A stretch of 64,000 nucleotides of DNA from Octopus sinensis (taxonomy: Eukaryota). The position numbers and the translations under genes were made by a program. Under the pieces are notes generated by a model that was not told where the DNA came from, ran no database searches, and saw only the letters and a list, made by a program, of their open reading frames with translations. Shown here piece by piece: positions 40,455 through 53,500 of the stretch (positions within the stretch are counted from its first letter, which is position 1; each line of letters begins with the position of its first letter). The DNA is taken from contig NC_042997.1 in assembly GCF_006345805.1 (NCBI RefSeq), positions 56,916,001 through 56,980,000 of the forward strand, given 5' to 3'.

Positions 40455-40847
40455 TTTTATTCTTTTATTTGTTTCAGTCATTTGACTGTGGTCATGCTGG
40501 AGCACCACCTTTAATCAAACACATCGACCCCAGGACTTATTCTTTGTAAGCCTTGTACTTATTCTATCGGTCCCTTTTGCTGAACTGCTAAGTTATGGGG
40601 ATGTAAACACACCAGCATCAGATGTCAAGTGATGGTGGGGGAACAAACACAGGCATACAAATATATACATATATATATATATGTTTTTATATATATACCA
40701 TGAGCTTCTTTCAGTTTCTGCAAACCAAATCCACTCACAAGGCTTTGGTTGGCCTAAGGCTATAGTAGAAGACACTTGCCCAAGGTGCCACACAGTGTGA
40801 CCGAACCTGGAACCATGTGGTCAGGAAGCAAGCTTCTTACCACACAA

Positions 40848-40850
<3 letters not shown>
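40455..40850 (-). mobile_element. SINE family 1
   Basis: Same consensus as 8011-8420. Confidence 0.8.
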
Positions 40851-40917
<67 letters not shown>

Positions 40918-40942
40918 TGTATGTATGTATATGTATATACTG

Positions 40943-40975
<33 letters not shown>

Positions 40976-41790
40976 GTATGTATATGTATATAATGTATAT
41001 ATATATATTCTAGCTGACATACCCAGTAATTCCCAGGAAAGCAGAGTTTATCGCTTGGTTCCATTCTCATAATTGTTTCACTAATCCAATAACAATACAA
41101 AGAATGTAGCCCTTAAAACAGCTTTTGTGCATTTACAGAGAATATCAAGCTGTTTTACACAGGATTTTTTTTTAGGAATTCCCAATAAGTTATAAATACC
41201 CAAATTGTGAAGTCAGTTATGTAATAACATGAAATTAATTACCTGATAGGAAGAATTCAAATAAAGTATCCCTGAAAAGAGCTTTAATGCATTCCCAGAG
41301 TATATAAAACTTAGGAGGAAATAAGGTATATATACTAAATAAGGTATATATACTAAAATCATGAAGCATGTTATGTAATAACAGACTAATCAGATATGAG
41401 ATAATAACAATTCAAAGTAAATAACTCTGAAGAGGGCTTTTGTGCGTTCCCAGAGAATATTAACCCTCAGCGGTGCTAGTGTTGGTATATTCATGAATAA
41501 GTCACTAACCGAAATGAATGCATCTATTGTTTAGGAAAATACTATTTACTTGTTTAAGGGTTGTACTGGATAAACTGCAAAATTAAACCTAACAGTTCAA
41601 ATACTAAGAAATAGGCATACTCAATTTGATTTATACCAAATAATATAGGAAAAAATGAATGGGTTATTTCCCTTGGCTGTTAAAATAAAATATATTAGTT
41701 ATATATAAGGATCGCTTTCAGGATCCCTGTCTGGCATTTGCCATGGTAGATTGCTAGCCACTATACATTCTTTATTATCTCTCCTTGTTT

Positions 41791-41826
41791 CTTTCTGTGG
41801 AAGAGCGTAGGCTCGAAACGTTAAAG
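41791..41826 (+). ncRNA. Minimal hammerhead-like motif with non-canonical core CUGUGGA
   Basis: CTTT-CTGTGGA-A-GAGC(GTAG)GCTC-GAA-ACGT-T-AAAG. Confidence 0.55.
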
Positions 41827-42179
41827 GCTTTTTCACTTCCCGAGCATTATACTAACACATCTGTTTGTTGTCTACACCACCTGTCTTCATCTTTTGTTTT
41901 TTTTAATTCTCCCTATATATAAATATAAGAAATTGTGTGCACAAATGTACAAACAGATGTACCACTTCTACTGTTATGTTAGAGCTCCTTGTTTTGACAT
42001 CCCATGATATTTATATTTGAATGTTACCTTTCTTCTAGAGGTGTGCTTCATTCATCTCCTGTGAAAATATATCTGGTCATGGGGAATTATTACTTTACTT
42101 GGAAACAGATTGGGGATCTGACCATAAAAAATTTGCCTCAACAAAATTCCATCCAACCTATGCAAGCATGGAAAAATGA

Positions 42180-43130
42180 ATTTTAAAACAATGACGATGA
42201 TGAGTCCTCAATCCTTTCCTGTTCATCATAGCCATCACTGAAGAGTTTAAGACTGGCTGTCTATGGGAGTTCCTATATGCTGATGATTTAATCCTCATAG
42301 GTGAATCCATAGGGGAAATAGAGAAGAAATTCCGGGCATGGCAGTTAAACATAGAATTTAATGGCTTTAAGGCTAACCTGTCAAAATACTATGGTCTTAG
42401 TAAGTAGGAAAGATGACAGAACCCTGCTACTTTCAGGGAAGTGGCCTAGCTCAATATGCAGAAAAGGGATTGGCATAAACTCCATACACTGCACTCGATG
42501 TAAGCTATGGGCACACAAGAGATGTAGCAAAATCACTGGCAGACTATCCAAGTATGTAGGTTTCGTATGCAGTAGATGCAGTGGAGCAGTACATACAAGC
42601 ACACCTGAAATTGAGTTTCTTAAATGTCTAGGTCAATCATCAGAAGTAGTTGATATCTTTTGTTACCTAGATGTATTTAACAAGGGAGGTGAACGCTCTA
42701 AAAGTAGAGTTACTAGAGTAAGAACTGGTTTGAGAAAGTTCAGGGAGCTACTACCACTGTTGAAATCAAATATCTTTTCGTTAAGAGTGAAGTGTAGATT
42801 GTATGATAATGGAAAGAAATGAAGTGAACATATTCTGTTGGATGTCCAATGTGAGTGTGAGTGAAAGAATTAGAACAAAGGTGCTGAGTGAAAAACTGGG
42901 TATAAGAGGTATTAGATATTGTGTTCAAGAAAGAAGACTGAGATGTTATGGTCACATGATGTATATGAATGAGGACAGCTGTATAAGGAAGTGTAATACA
43001 CTTAATGTAGTTGGAACCTGTAGAAGAGGAAACCCCAGGAAGACATGGGATGAAGTGGTGAAAGCTGACCTCAGGACACCTTGAGCCTGACAGATGAGCT
43101 AATGACTAGGGTCTCTAGTGATATGAGGTT
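42180..43130 (+). mobile_element. Degenerate RTE LINE 3' fragment
   Basis: YADD region at 42280 and a PHD-like segment in ORF 42361-42822. VQERRLRCYGH and KTWDEVVK are in ORF 42803-43084. Confidence 0.88.
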
Positions 43131-44000
43131 CTCGAAAAAACTCACACTTCTTAGAAACACAAAGTTCTGGAAGTGCTATATTTTGGTTCCTCCACCAGTT
43201 ACAGGGACTCACTTCCCTCCTGTACTATGTCTATGTCTACCTCTTTCCCTTTCCTTCTCACTTGTCCTCTTCCTCACTAGTGACTGTGTCATCTTTATTA
43301 CTCCTGCTAATCATTAACCCCCCCTCCCACTCGTCTGCATCCTACTATCATCCCCAGCTCATAACACTTGTCTCATTGTCCTGGAGCTCCCTTGTACCCT
43401 ACCTTTGTTTCTTTAATCCCCTTGTCTCCTAGCATGAAGCTGACACACCATCTCCCCTACGGTTTATAGTCCTCCTGCAAACTACATGGCGATCCCAATA
43501 GCGCAGATGGCATGAAACACCTGTCCAGTTTCCTTTCAACCCTACTCACTTCAGCAGTCTGCCCTCCCCCTTGTTCACTTTCTCATACTAACTTACAGAC
43601 CACTAACCCACCCATATCTACCCAGCATGTACCTTCTGAGTACATCACTATTATCTGTCTTGCTGCCTCTACTGATTTTTTTCTGTACTAGGTGTGAGTA
43701 GCTATGCTGATTCCTCTGCAGGAACTTGCTCTACAACTACTTCTCATAGTAATGTGGTTTGTTCCCTAGCATGAAGCTGACCTCTCCACTTACCTCAGGG
43801 TTCATAGTCTTCTTGCAAATTGCATGGCAACCTCAGTAGTACAGGTGGCTCAAAGAAAGGACCCAATCCACTGTGGTAGCAGTGGTGGCAGTGGCGTTGA
43901 TGATGATGATGATGATGATATATAAAATTCTAGGTGATAAGTGTTCTCTACTCTTTTTGTACAGAGAATTCTTGTCTTGAGATTATCTCCTCTCATTCAG

Positions 44001-44157
44001 AGTTGGTCAAAAGTGCCACCAGGTAATTGTTTTACCTTCTCTGGAAGCAAAGATAATTTCAATAAATCAAGAATTTATTTTTTATGGTATACCATATACC
44101 TTTATTCATCTTTGTCATATATAGATGCATGTGCATGAGTGAGTGAGTGAGTGAGTG

Positions 44158-44247
<90 letters not shown>

Positions 44248-46262
44248 GTGTATTTATATTTCAAGATGTACATCCCTGTATAGTAATCTATTTACAGAAA
44301 GAAACTGGTAGTGTAAAATGCAGGTAATTAGCTTGGGACACACACAATGCAACTGGTTGGGTATAAATAAATAGCACTTTGGTTGGTAGTCCAACACTAT
44401 AATGAATTTGTAAAGCAGATGAAAATTTTACACAGAAATTTTTATTGTTAAAAGTACACAAAGCTCTTAAGTGATGAGTGAAAGGTAATTCTAAAACCCA
44501 TTTATGAAACATCACATTCCTTTTAATGACACCTATGGAAAATACACCAAAATATATTGCTATTGGTCAAATATTTCTGGGTGAAATCATCAAAGCAATT
44601 TGTATATTGCTGGCCTTAAAGTTATTTTCAGTAAGAAAATCTAAGGCTGTAATACTTTTTAAAATTTCATTTCCTTCCAGAATTCAAGAAACTACATCAG
44701 AGCGATATTGGCTGTTTATAAGGTAATAATTTTCTTCAACCAACCTCTGTAGTTTGAACTCTTTAAATACTGTTTATTGCTTTGTAGTCTTGGAATTTGT
44801 TTACATATGTGTATGCATGTATTCACACATACACACATGCGTACGTACACATGGGCATGCACACACACTTACATATACTTATACAGGAGTGGGGCTGATA
44901 AGTTAGGTTAGAGGCCCAACCTTCCAAGTTCTTTTACAGGGCTTATAAAAACTGAAGGGTTGCTACAATAAGTGTGTGAATCTGAGAGGGGAATATGCTG
45001 AATAAAATGATAATTAACTGATCCTCCTATATTTTGTTTTACCCAAAGCCAGAAACTTTTCAGTATCCCCTCCTATATGCAGCTGGATCTGTGTTTGTCT
45101 ATGAGGCAGATTTTCTATAGCAAGATGCTCTTCCTGTCACTATGGTGCCATGTAAAAAGCATCCAATACATTCTGTTAAGTGGTTAGTGTTAAGAAGGGC
45201 ATCTAGCTGTAGAAAACAAGTCAAAACAGTCTGTGGAACATGGTGTGGCACCTGGCCTTGCCAGCTCCTGTCAAGCCATCCAACCCATGCTAGCATGGAA
45301 AATGGACATTAGATGATGATGATAATGATGATGATGATGATGATGACGATGACAATGATGATGACGATGACAACAACAACAACGACGACGATGATGATGG
45401 AACATTTACGAAAATGTCAATTTTTAAACACACACATTAGAATATTTAAGAAATACATTAGGGAATAATTACAAATACAATAACATTTTACTACAATACA
45501 TATTCTCCATAAATAATACTGTATACTATGTAATAACTGATGGGAGTTTTTGAGAAGAGAGACCCCATCTTCTACCGAGTAGATCATTAGTTTCAGAATC
45601 TACTACAAGAAAGAAATCTAAAATTATTTGATAATCATGGCAAACCATCTTATTGTACAGCTCAGTATAGAAACTGAGCTTATTAAAAACTCCTCTTGTA
45701 ATTTTTATAATTATATTCATAATCATTATTTTTATTAGCAAAGAGATGAAGAGCTTCTTAAATAAGAGCCAATATTTAAGCCATAGTCTTTGCAGTCAAC
45801 TTCTTCTGGTGCTGCAGCTCTCTATGTCCCTCTCTCAGCTGAGAGGTTCAAGTCTTGTTGGCTTGTGGGTGCTGGTGCCACATAAAAGCGCCCATGCCAG
45901 TGCCATGTAAAAGCACCCATGCTGGTGCCATGTAAAAGTACCTGTGTTGGTGCCATTTTAAGAGCATCCAGTACACTCTGTAAAGTGGTTGAAATTAGGA
46001 AAGCTAACCAGCCATACAAACCATGCCAAAACAGACAAAATGGAGCCTGGGAAGCTCTCCAGATGACGAGCTTCTCACAAGCTGTCAAAATTATACAAGC
46101 ATGGAGAATAGTTATTAAATGATGATGATGATGATGATAACAACTTTCAAATAAATATTTGTATTTTTGTTTACAGTACATAATCATTCTTTTCAACCAG
46201 AAATGCCAGTTTTCCTGCACTTCCAGTGTCATATGACAGGGAAAATATTTACCATGTCAAAA
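44001..46262 (+). other. Tentative chain of four small exons: 44001-44022, 44298-44323, 44681-44722, 46201-46262
   Basis: Each has a YAG acceptor and a GTAA donor, and one frame stays open across all four. No recognisable protein family. Confidence 0.25.
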
Positions 46263-47149
46263 GTAAATGTTTTCCTGGTTAAAAAGTAAATGTGTTTCTC
46301 TTTACCAAAAAAAGTGAAAGTGCTTTGGGTGGAGTGGGTGGATTGAAAGCGCTTCTATTTGATTGCTTTCCATGTCATAGATCCAATAGTACTGAAGCAC
46401 TTATTTGAAACCTAACTACTATGTAATTGGTCAGACACCACAAGTGAAGCACCATAGTTTCACGTGATCAGTGAGGCTGTGATGTGATATAGTTTTTTGA
46501 AATGTTCTTCTTGTTCCCTATAAAACATCATTTTGTCACTCAACTAATTGCAGAGTGTTGAAGGCAGCAGACTGTTTCATGTGCCTCCACTCAGGGCTGT
46601 TGCTAAGCCCCTGCAACCTCTGTGATTGCAAGGGGCCTCCGTGGTTGAGGGGCTCCATGTTAAAATCAAAGTACAAAGATGAGTCATCTATTTACTTTGG
46701 TTAAGATGTTGAACAAGAATTGAACTATGTATGTTAACTGAAAATTTCAAGAAATAAATTGGTAATACATTGTACCTGCAAAATATTTCATTGTTCCACG
46801 AATGTTCCTATCTAAATATGTTCTTTAGGATAACGTGAAATATTGAAATTCAGGAAGAATATAGTAAAATATAACTATGAATAAAAGGTGCATAGATCAT
46901 GAATTTTGATTGAAGGGATGGGACCTTGAAACAAAAAGTTGGGGAGGCCTCTAAAAGACATGTGACATGCCTGCCTCCACTCTTGCCATTGCAGATGGCC
47001 AAGGATCTCTGTTACCATGGAGATTTGTGTATTTGACTTTGTATATTTTTGGATTGATCCCATGTTGTCACACAAATAGCTTTCTATAATTTCAGAGCAG
47101 TCTGTTTCCCTCCCAGTCAGCAATTATTGTTCACTGTAATTATTAAAGT

Positions 47150-48480
47150 TGTTCACTGCCCAGGAGCAGCCTGTCTTACATTCTTCTGTTTTTGCCTGGA
47201 GGACTATGATGAATAAGAGGGAACTGAGCACTGATGCTTGGTGAACCCCTACTTGTACCCTGTATTCTTCACTGTACTCATTGCCAACCCTCACCTTACT
47301 GACAACATCCCTGTACATAGCTTGTGCAGCTCTCACCAACCACTTATCTATCCCTCATTTCCGCATTGACCACCAAATAAGGGATTGGGGAACCCTGTCA
47401 AAGGCTTTCTCCAAGTCAGCAAAAGCCAAGTACAGATGTTTATCTTTATCTTTGGCTACATATTTCTCCTGCAGCTGCCTTACCAAAGATATAGCATCAG
47501 TGGTGCTTCTCCCTGGCACAAAACCAAACTGCATCTCATCTAAGTTAACTCTCTCTGTAACTTTTATCACCTGATCCAGTAATTTGATACTTCTGTAATT
47601 ATTTCTATCTAAGGCATCACCTTTACCTTTGTAGCAGTTGACTATGATGCTGCTACACCAGTCATTAGGTATGACTCCTTCGTGAACCACCTATTTACAA
47701 TATGGTGACTAGACCATAACCCACACAGCCAGGTATTTCAAGCATCTCAGCAGATATTCCTGATGGGCTGGGGGCTTTTCCTGTCCTCATATCCTTAATT
47801 GCATACCTACCATGGAACTGTCTATTCAGGTAGCTAGTCTCTCACTTGGGTTAACATTCAGCAGACCCTCCTCCTCCCATTCATTCTCTATGTCCAGCAG
47901 TCTTTCATAATGGCATTTCCATGCCTCTTTCTTTTCAGAATCATTACATGCAAGTACACCATCATCCATACAGATCCATTTCTCTCCTATGACATCCTGA
48001 TTTTCTCTCACACACTATCTTGCAAATCTGAAATACTTCAGTTCGTTGGTCCTCATGTCACTGAACATAGGCAAGCTTCTTTTTTGCTTCTCCCTTGGCT
48101 AGATATATCTGTCTCCTAGCATCCCTTCTGGCAATTTGATACAGTATCCTGCTATCCCCATTTTTCCAGGCCTTCCAGGCCTGTTTCTCAGCTCTAATGG
48201 CCCTGTCTGCTACATCGTTCCACCACCATGTTACTCTTGCACCAGCAACATATTTGGTCTATGGCACTCAGCAAACTGTCCCTCAGGAATTCCCAGTTGC
48301 CCTTTATGTCACAAGTCTGTAGCTTCTCCTCCCTGTCCTGTCATAGAATTTCTGAATTAGAATGTCCCTAAATCTCTGAGCATGTGAAGGGTCCTTAAGC
48401 TTCCAAATCCTTCTTTTCCAGATTGGTTTACTTCTTGGCATCTTTCTGGCCTGGAGTCTGAAGTCATTCCACCTTAGTGC
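47150..48480 (-). mobile_element. Degenerate RTE LINE fragment
   Basis: ORFs 47355-47690 (YRSIKLLDQ, QFGFVPG, DLEKAFD) and 47124-47339. Confidence 0.88.
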
Positions 48481-49033
48481 CTTTCAAACATATCACCCCC
48501 ACCCCCCACTTTTCACACATATTCATTCCTTACATTCTTTTCTCTTCCTATCCCTCCCCTACTCTTCTCCCATCCACCTCATAATATCTTCACCACCAAC
48601 TAACATTCCTTTTTCATTCTTTTTCCATTTTCTCTTCCTCTTTCTTTCTTCTTTCTTCACCTATTCCTTTTGACCATTCTCCTAATTTTAACAGACACAT
48701 CTTGTCTCCCCTCTCTATCCACTTAATACTACCACTACATTCTCAAAATTTCACTCACACCACAAGACCACTTTGGATGAACAGCACCTGGAATTTACGT
48801 CTTCACACTTTCTATTTGTAATGACAAAATATGAACTCCTATTGAAATTTACATACCATGGAAAAGAAGTATTTCTACAACTTCTACACACCACTTTCCT
48901 AGGATAATGGGACTGCAACTATAACATCCTACATATATTTTTATTTTTACTTTTATTCTCTTATTTCCCTTTATACTTCTTATTTCCATCCTTTTCCAAA
49001 AAGAACTTATATTGAACTCAACCATTTCACATC

Positions 49034-49081
49034 GTCTCTGATGAAAGGAAATCCCTAATATCCCAGAAACAGCTGTAAGAC
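49034..49081 (+). ncRNA. Type-I hammerhead with canonical core and eroded stem II; GUA cleavage triplet
   Basis: GTCT-CTGATGA-A-AGGA..TCCCA-GAA-ACAGCTGT-A-AGAC; stem III is a perfect 8-nt palindrome. Confidence 0.7.
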
Positions 49082-49749
49082 TAGCTTTCTCTTTATAAAT
49101 GTTCTGAAAATTCCACACAGCCTTGGCTTTGTTGTCTCGTTTTATTTAACATATAACATGTATGTATGTATGTATGTATGTATGTATGTATGTATGTATG
49201 TATGTGTGACTATACATGTGTGTGTGTGTCATCATCATCAAATGATCAGAAATTGAGGAGGGTTGAGGGGTAGCTATAGTGAATGTATATGGTGGATATA
49301 TGGGATAGGGGAGATCAATGATGCATATAAGTTGGGAGAATTTGAGGTGGGGAGAATAGGAAATGACTGACCGTACAGAAAAAAATGTGAGTGAAGAGCA
49401 GCATAATAATGATAATGGTACAATAGATATGGGAAGGACGACAGATGTGTGGATTTGGTAATCAATGTAAAGAGTGAGTGGAGAGGACATTATTTAAAAT
49501 GAAAGATAATAAGTGAAATGGTTTCAGGTAATAAGACAGATAAGTGGTATCAGGTAAAAACTGGTGAAGTATGCAGTTCTGCTTACATTTAATTACAATA
49601 GCAGAATACTGCAGTTAGAGAGATGATGGTGGTGATGTCTCAAGGACGAAATTGGGCAATACATACACACACGCGTGCATGCGCATGTGTGTGTCTGTAA
49701 GTCAGAAATCTTTCTTGAGATTCCAGAAACATTTCCAGCCTCACTTGCA

Positions 49750-50340
49750 TTGCCTGTTATTAATTAGTCACTAAGCAATGATGACTTTTTAGCCCCACTG
49801 AATTTATTCCACAAAAGTTTTCATAACCCAAAGAAAAATGTCAGGGTCATTCAAATGTGAGGGGATATGAATTGTCCTCTTTGACTGAAAAGGCGTCACT
49901 CACCATAAGTTTGTTCCATGCAGCTTGATGATTAATGGTTTTACATAGTTTTATTTATATATGCTGAAGTGTTCAGAAGAAGCAATGTGAAGGTATGGAC
50001 AAACAAGATCTGAATGCTATATCATGATTGTGCATCTGTTCAAGCAATACATCCTAAGTATGACATTTTTTGGCAAAGCACAAATTAACTTTTAGCCTTG
50101 CCAGCCACTCCCTATAATGTTTCGATCTTGAGCTGAAATCCACCTTGAAAAGTGATTGATTTGAGGCAGTAGAAGAGATCAAAGAAAATTCACAAGAATT
50201 TTGTACTCTCCTGAAAACAAGTTCCAAAACTGGGAAAAAGAATAGAAGAAATGTATCGATAGTGGAGGGAGCTATTTTAAAGGAGACAAGTCCAGTTAAA
50301 TTCTAAATGAAACAATGAAGCAATTAATTTATTTTTTCAA
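49750..50340 (+). mobile_element. Mariner transposase C-terminal relic
   Basis: Reads LKSTLK..FEAVEEIK..KCIDSGGSYFKGDK, the mariner C-terminal pattern, with stops. Confidence 0.65.
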
Positions 50341-50589
50341 AAGGAAAAAAATAAAATATATATATATATATACAACACACACACATTTATATATATATAT
50401 ATATATTATATATATATAAAATTAGAAAGAACCACCTTTTATCAATTCAAAATGAACAATTAAATTACACCATCTAGAAAATTACATATAATAGAAATAT
50501 TAAACCGTATATAATTATATACGTTTTTATTATTTTTTTGCAATTTACTTAATCATTGGTATTTTATTGTTATTTTAATTTTAATATTT

Positions 50590-53500
50590 CTAACCTTCCC
50601 GGGCGAAGAATGCACCCCACAACATAGACTGGTAGTTAGTGACTTTAGGATCAGGACTAAGAGGGCGACTAGAAGACGACCAACATGGAGAAGAAGGGTC
50701 TGGAAGCTTAAAGACCCTGCGAATGGACAGAGATTTAGAGATATGTTACTTGAAGCCTTTGACGAAGTGGAAGGGGGTATAGCTACACATGGGGTAGAAG
50801 ACAACTGGACGTTTCTGAGGGACAACCTGCTGAAAGCCGCTGACCAGATCTGTGGCTGGTGCAAAGTCCCCTTAAGACCCAAAATAACATGGTGGTGGAA
50901 CAATATTGTTGATAGGGCTATTAGACAAAAGAAACAGGCTTGGAAGGCCTGGAGAACGGTGGTAGCAGGAAGTGTATCAGACTGCCAGAAGGGAAGCTAG
51001 GAGACAGGTCTATCTAGCCAGAGGGGAAGCAGATAAAAGAAAATTTGCCAATGTCCTGCGCCGTGAGGATGAAAGACTTGAGGTATTTCGTGTTGCAAGA
51101 CAGTGTGTGAAAGAGAATCGAGATGTGGTAGGAGAGAAATGTGTTCGCATGGAGGATGGTTCACTTGCGTTAAATGAGGATGCAAAGAGAGAAGCTTGGA
51201 GACGCCACTATGAAAGGTTGCTGAATGAGGAAATGAATGGGATAAAGAGAGTCTGCCAAATGTTGACCCAACAGGGACCAGCTATCCGAGTTGATAGTTC
51301 CGTGGTAGCTAAGGCAATTAGAAGCATGAAGACAGGGAAAGCCCCAGGCCCATCAGGAATTACTGCAGAGATGCTCAAAATATCTGGTAGTGTCGGCTAT
51401 AGCATAGTCACCCGTATAGTTAACCAGGTGATACACGAAGGAGTCATACCCAATGACTGGTGTAGCAGCATAATAGTCAACTGCTACAAAGGTAAAGGCG
51501 ATGCCCTAGATACAAATAACTACAGGGGCATCAAGCTGTTGGATCAGGTAATGAAGGTTACGGAGAGGGTTATAGCCCAGTTATTAGAGAGAGAGTTAGC
51601 TTAGATGATATGCAGTTTGGGTTCGTGCCAGGGAAAAGTACTACTGATGCTATATTCCTGGTAAGACAGCTGCAGGAGAAATACCTAGCCAAAGGTAAGC
51701 CCTTGTACCTGGCTTTTGTTGACTTAGAGAAAGCCTTTGACAGGGTCCCCCGATCCCTTATCTGGTGGTCAATGAGGAAACTAGGATAGATGAATGGTTA
51801 GTGAGAGCTGTGCGAGCCATGTACAGAGACGCAGCCAGTAAGGTGAGGGTTGGCAACGAGTACAGTGAAGAATTCCGGGTAGAGGTTGGGGTCCACCAAG
51901 GTTCAGTCCTCAGCCCCCTCCTATTTATCATAGTCCTCCAGGCAATAACGGAAGAATTTAAGACAGGATGCCCCTGGGAGCTCCTATATGCTGATGACCT
52001 TGCTCTAATTGCTGAGTCACTATCAGAACTGGAGGAGAAGTTTCAGGTGTGGAAACAAGGATTAGAATCGAAGGGCCTTAGAATCAACCTAGCCAAAACC
52101 AAAGTCCTAATAAGTAGGAAGGTGGACCAACCACAAACGACTTCAGGTAGATGGCCCTGCTCGATCTGTAAAAAAGGTGTAGGTAGAAACTCTATAAGGT
52201 GCACCAAGTGTAAGCTATGGACACATAAGAGGTGCAGCAATGTCAAAGGAAGGCTAACTAAGAAAATAGTTTTTGTCTGTGGCAGATGCTCAGGAGAAAT
52301 AAACACTGGAAATTGCAGAGTCCAACTTCTACCACGTTCCAGGGAGACAAACTAGAAGTAGTTGATAGCTTCCGCTACCTAGGAGACCAAGTCAGTAGCG
52401 GGGGTGGGTGTGCTGAAAGTGTAACTGCTAGAGTAAGAATAGCCTGGGCAAAGTTTAGAGAGCTCTTACCCCTGCTGGTGACAAAAGGTCTCTCGCTAAG
52501 AGTAAAAGGCAGACTATATGATGCGTGTGTACGTACAGCCATGCTACATGGTAGTGAAACATGGGCCGTGACAGCTGAGGATATGCGTAAGCTTGCAAGA
52601 AATGAAGCCAGTATGCTCCGATGGATGTGTAATGTCAGTGTTCATAATCGTCAGAGTGTAAGTACTTTGAGAGAAAAGTTGAACCTAAGAAGTGTCAGTT
52701 GTGGTGTGCAAGAGAGACGGCTGCGCTGGTATGGTCATGTGACGAGAATGGCTGAAGATAGTTGTGTGCAAAAGTGCTACAACCTAGCAGTTGAGGGAAC
52801 CTGTGGAAGAGGTAGACCCAGGAAAACCTGGGACGAGGTGGTGAAGCACGACCTTCGAACTTTAGGTCTCACCAAGGAAATGACTGAAGACCGAGTCCTA
52901 TGGAAGTGTGCTGTGCATGAGAGGACCCGGCAGACTAGTCAGGCCATATCCCGTGGCCCCTACCTGGGACGTAGTCGATCCACCTGTGCATACCTTCCTT
53001 CTTGTGACACTTGTGAAGACCTGCTGAGGCAAGTGAAAATCAATCAAAATAGATGAACATCAATGGAATTTGTATCTTTGTGGTACCAGTGCCTGTGGCA
53101 CACAAGAAAACCATCCGAACGTGGCCGTAGCCAGTACCGCATCGACTGGCCTCCGTGCTGTGGGAACATGGTGGCACATAAAAACACCATCCGAAGACCC
53201 GCAAGACTAGTCAGGTCATAACCCGTGGGCCCTACCTGGGACGTAGTCAGTCCACCTGTACATACCTTCCGACTTGTGAAGACCTGCTGAGGCAAGTGAA
53301 AATCAAATCAAATCAAAACAAATCAAAATAGATGAACATCAATGGAATTTGTATCCTTGTGGTACCAGTGCCAGTGGCACACAAGAATCCATCCGAACGT
53401 GGCCGTAGTCAGTACCGCTTGTGGTACCAGTGCCGGTGGCACACAAGAATCCATCCGAACGTGGCCGTAGTCAGTACCGCTTGTGGTACCAGTGCCGGTG

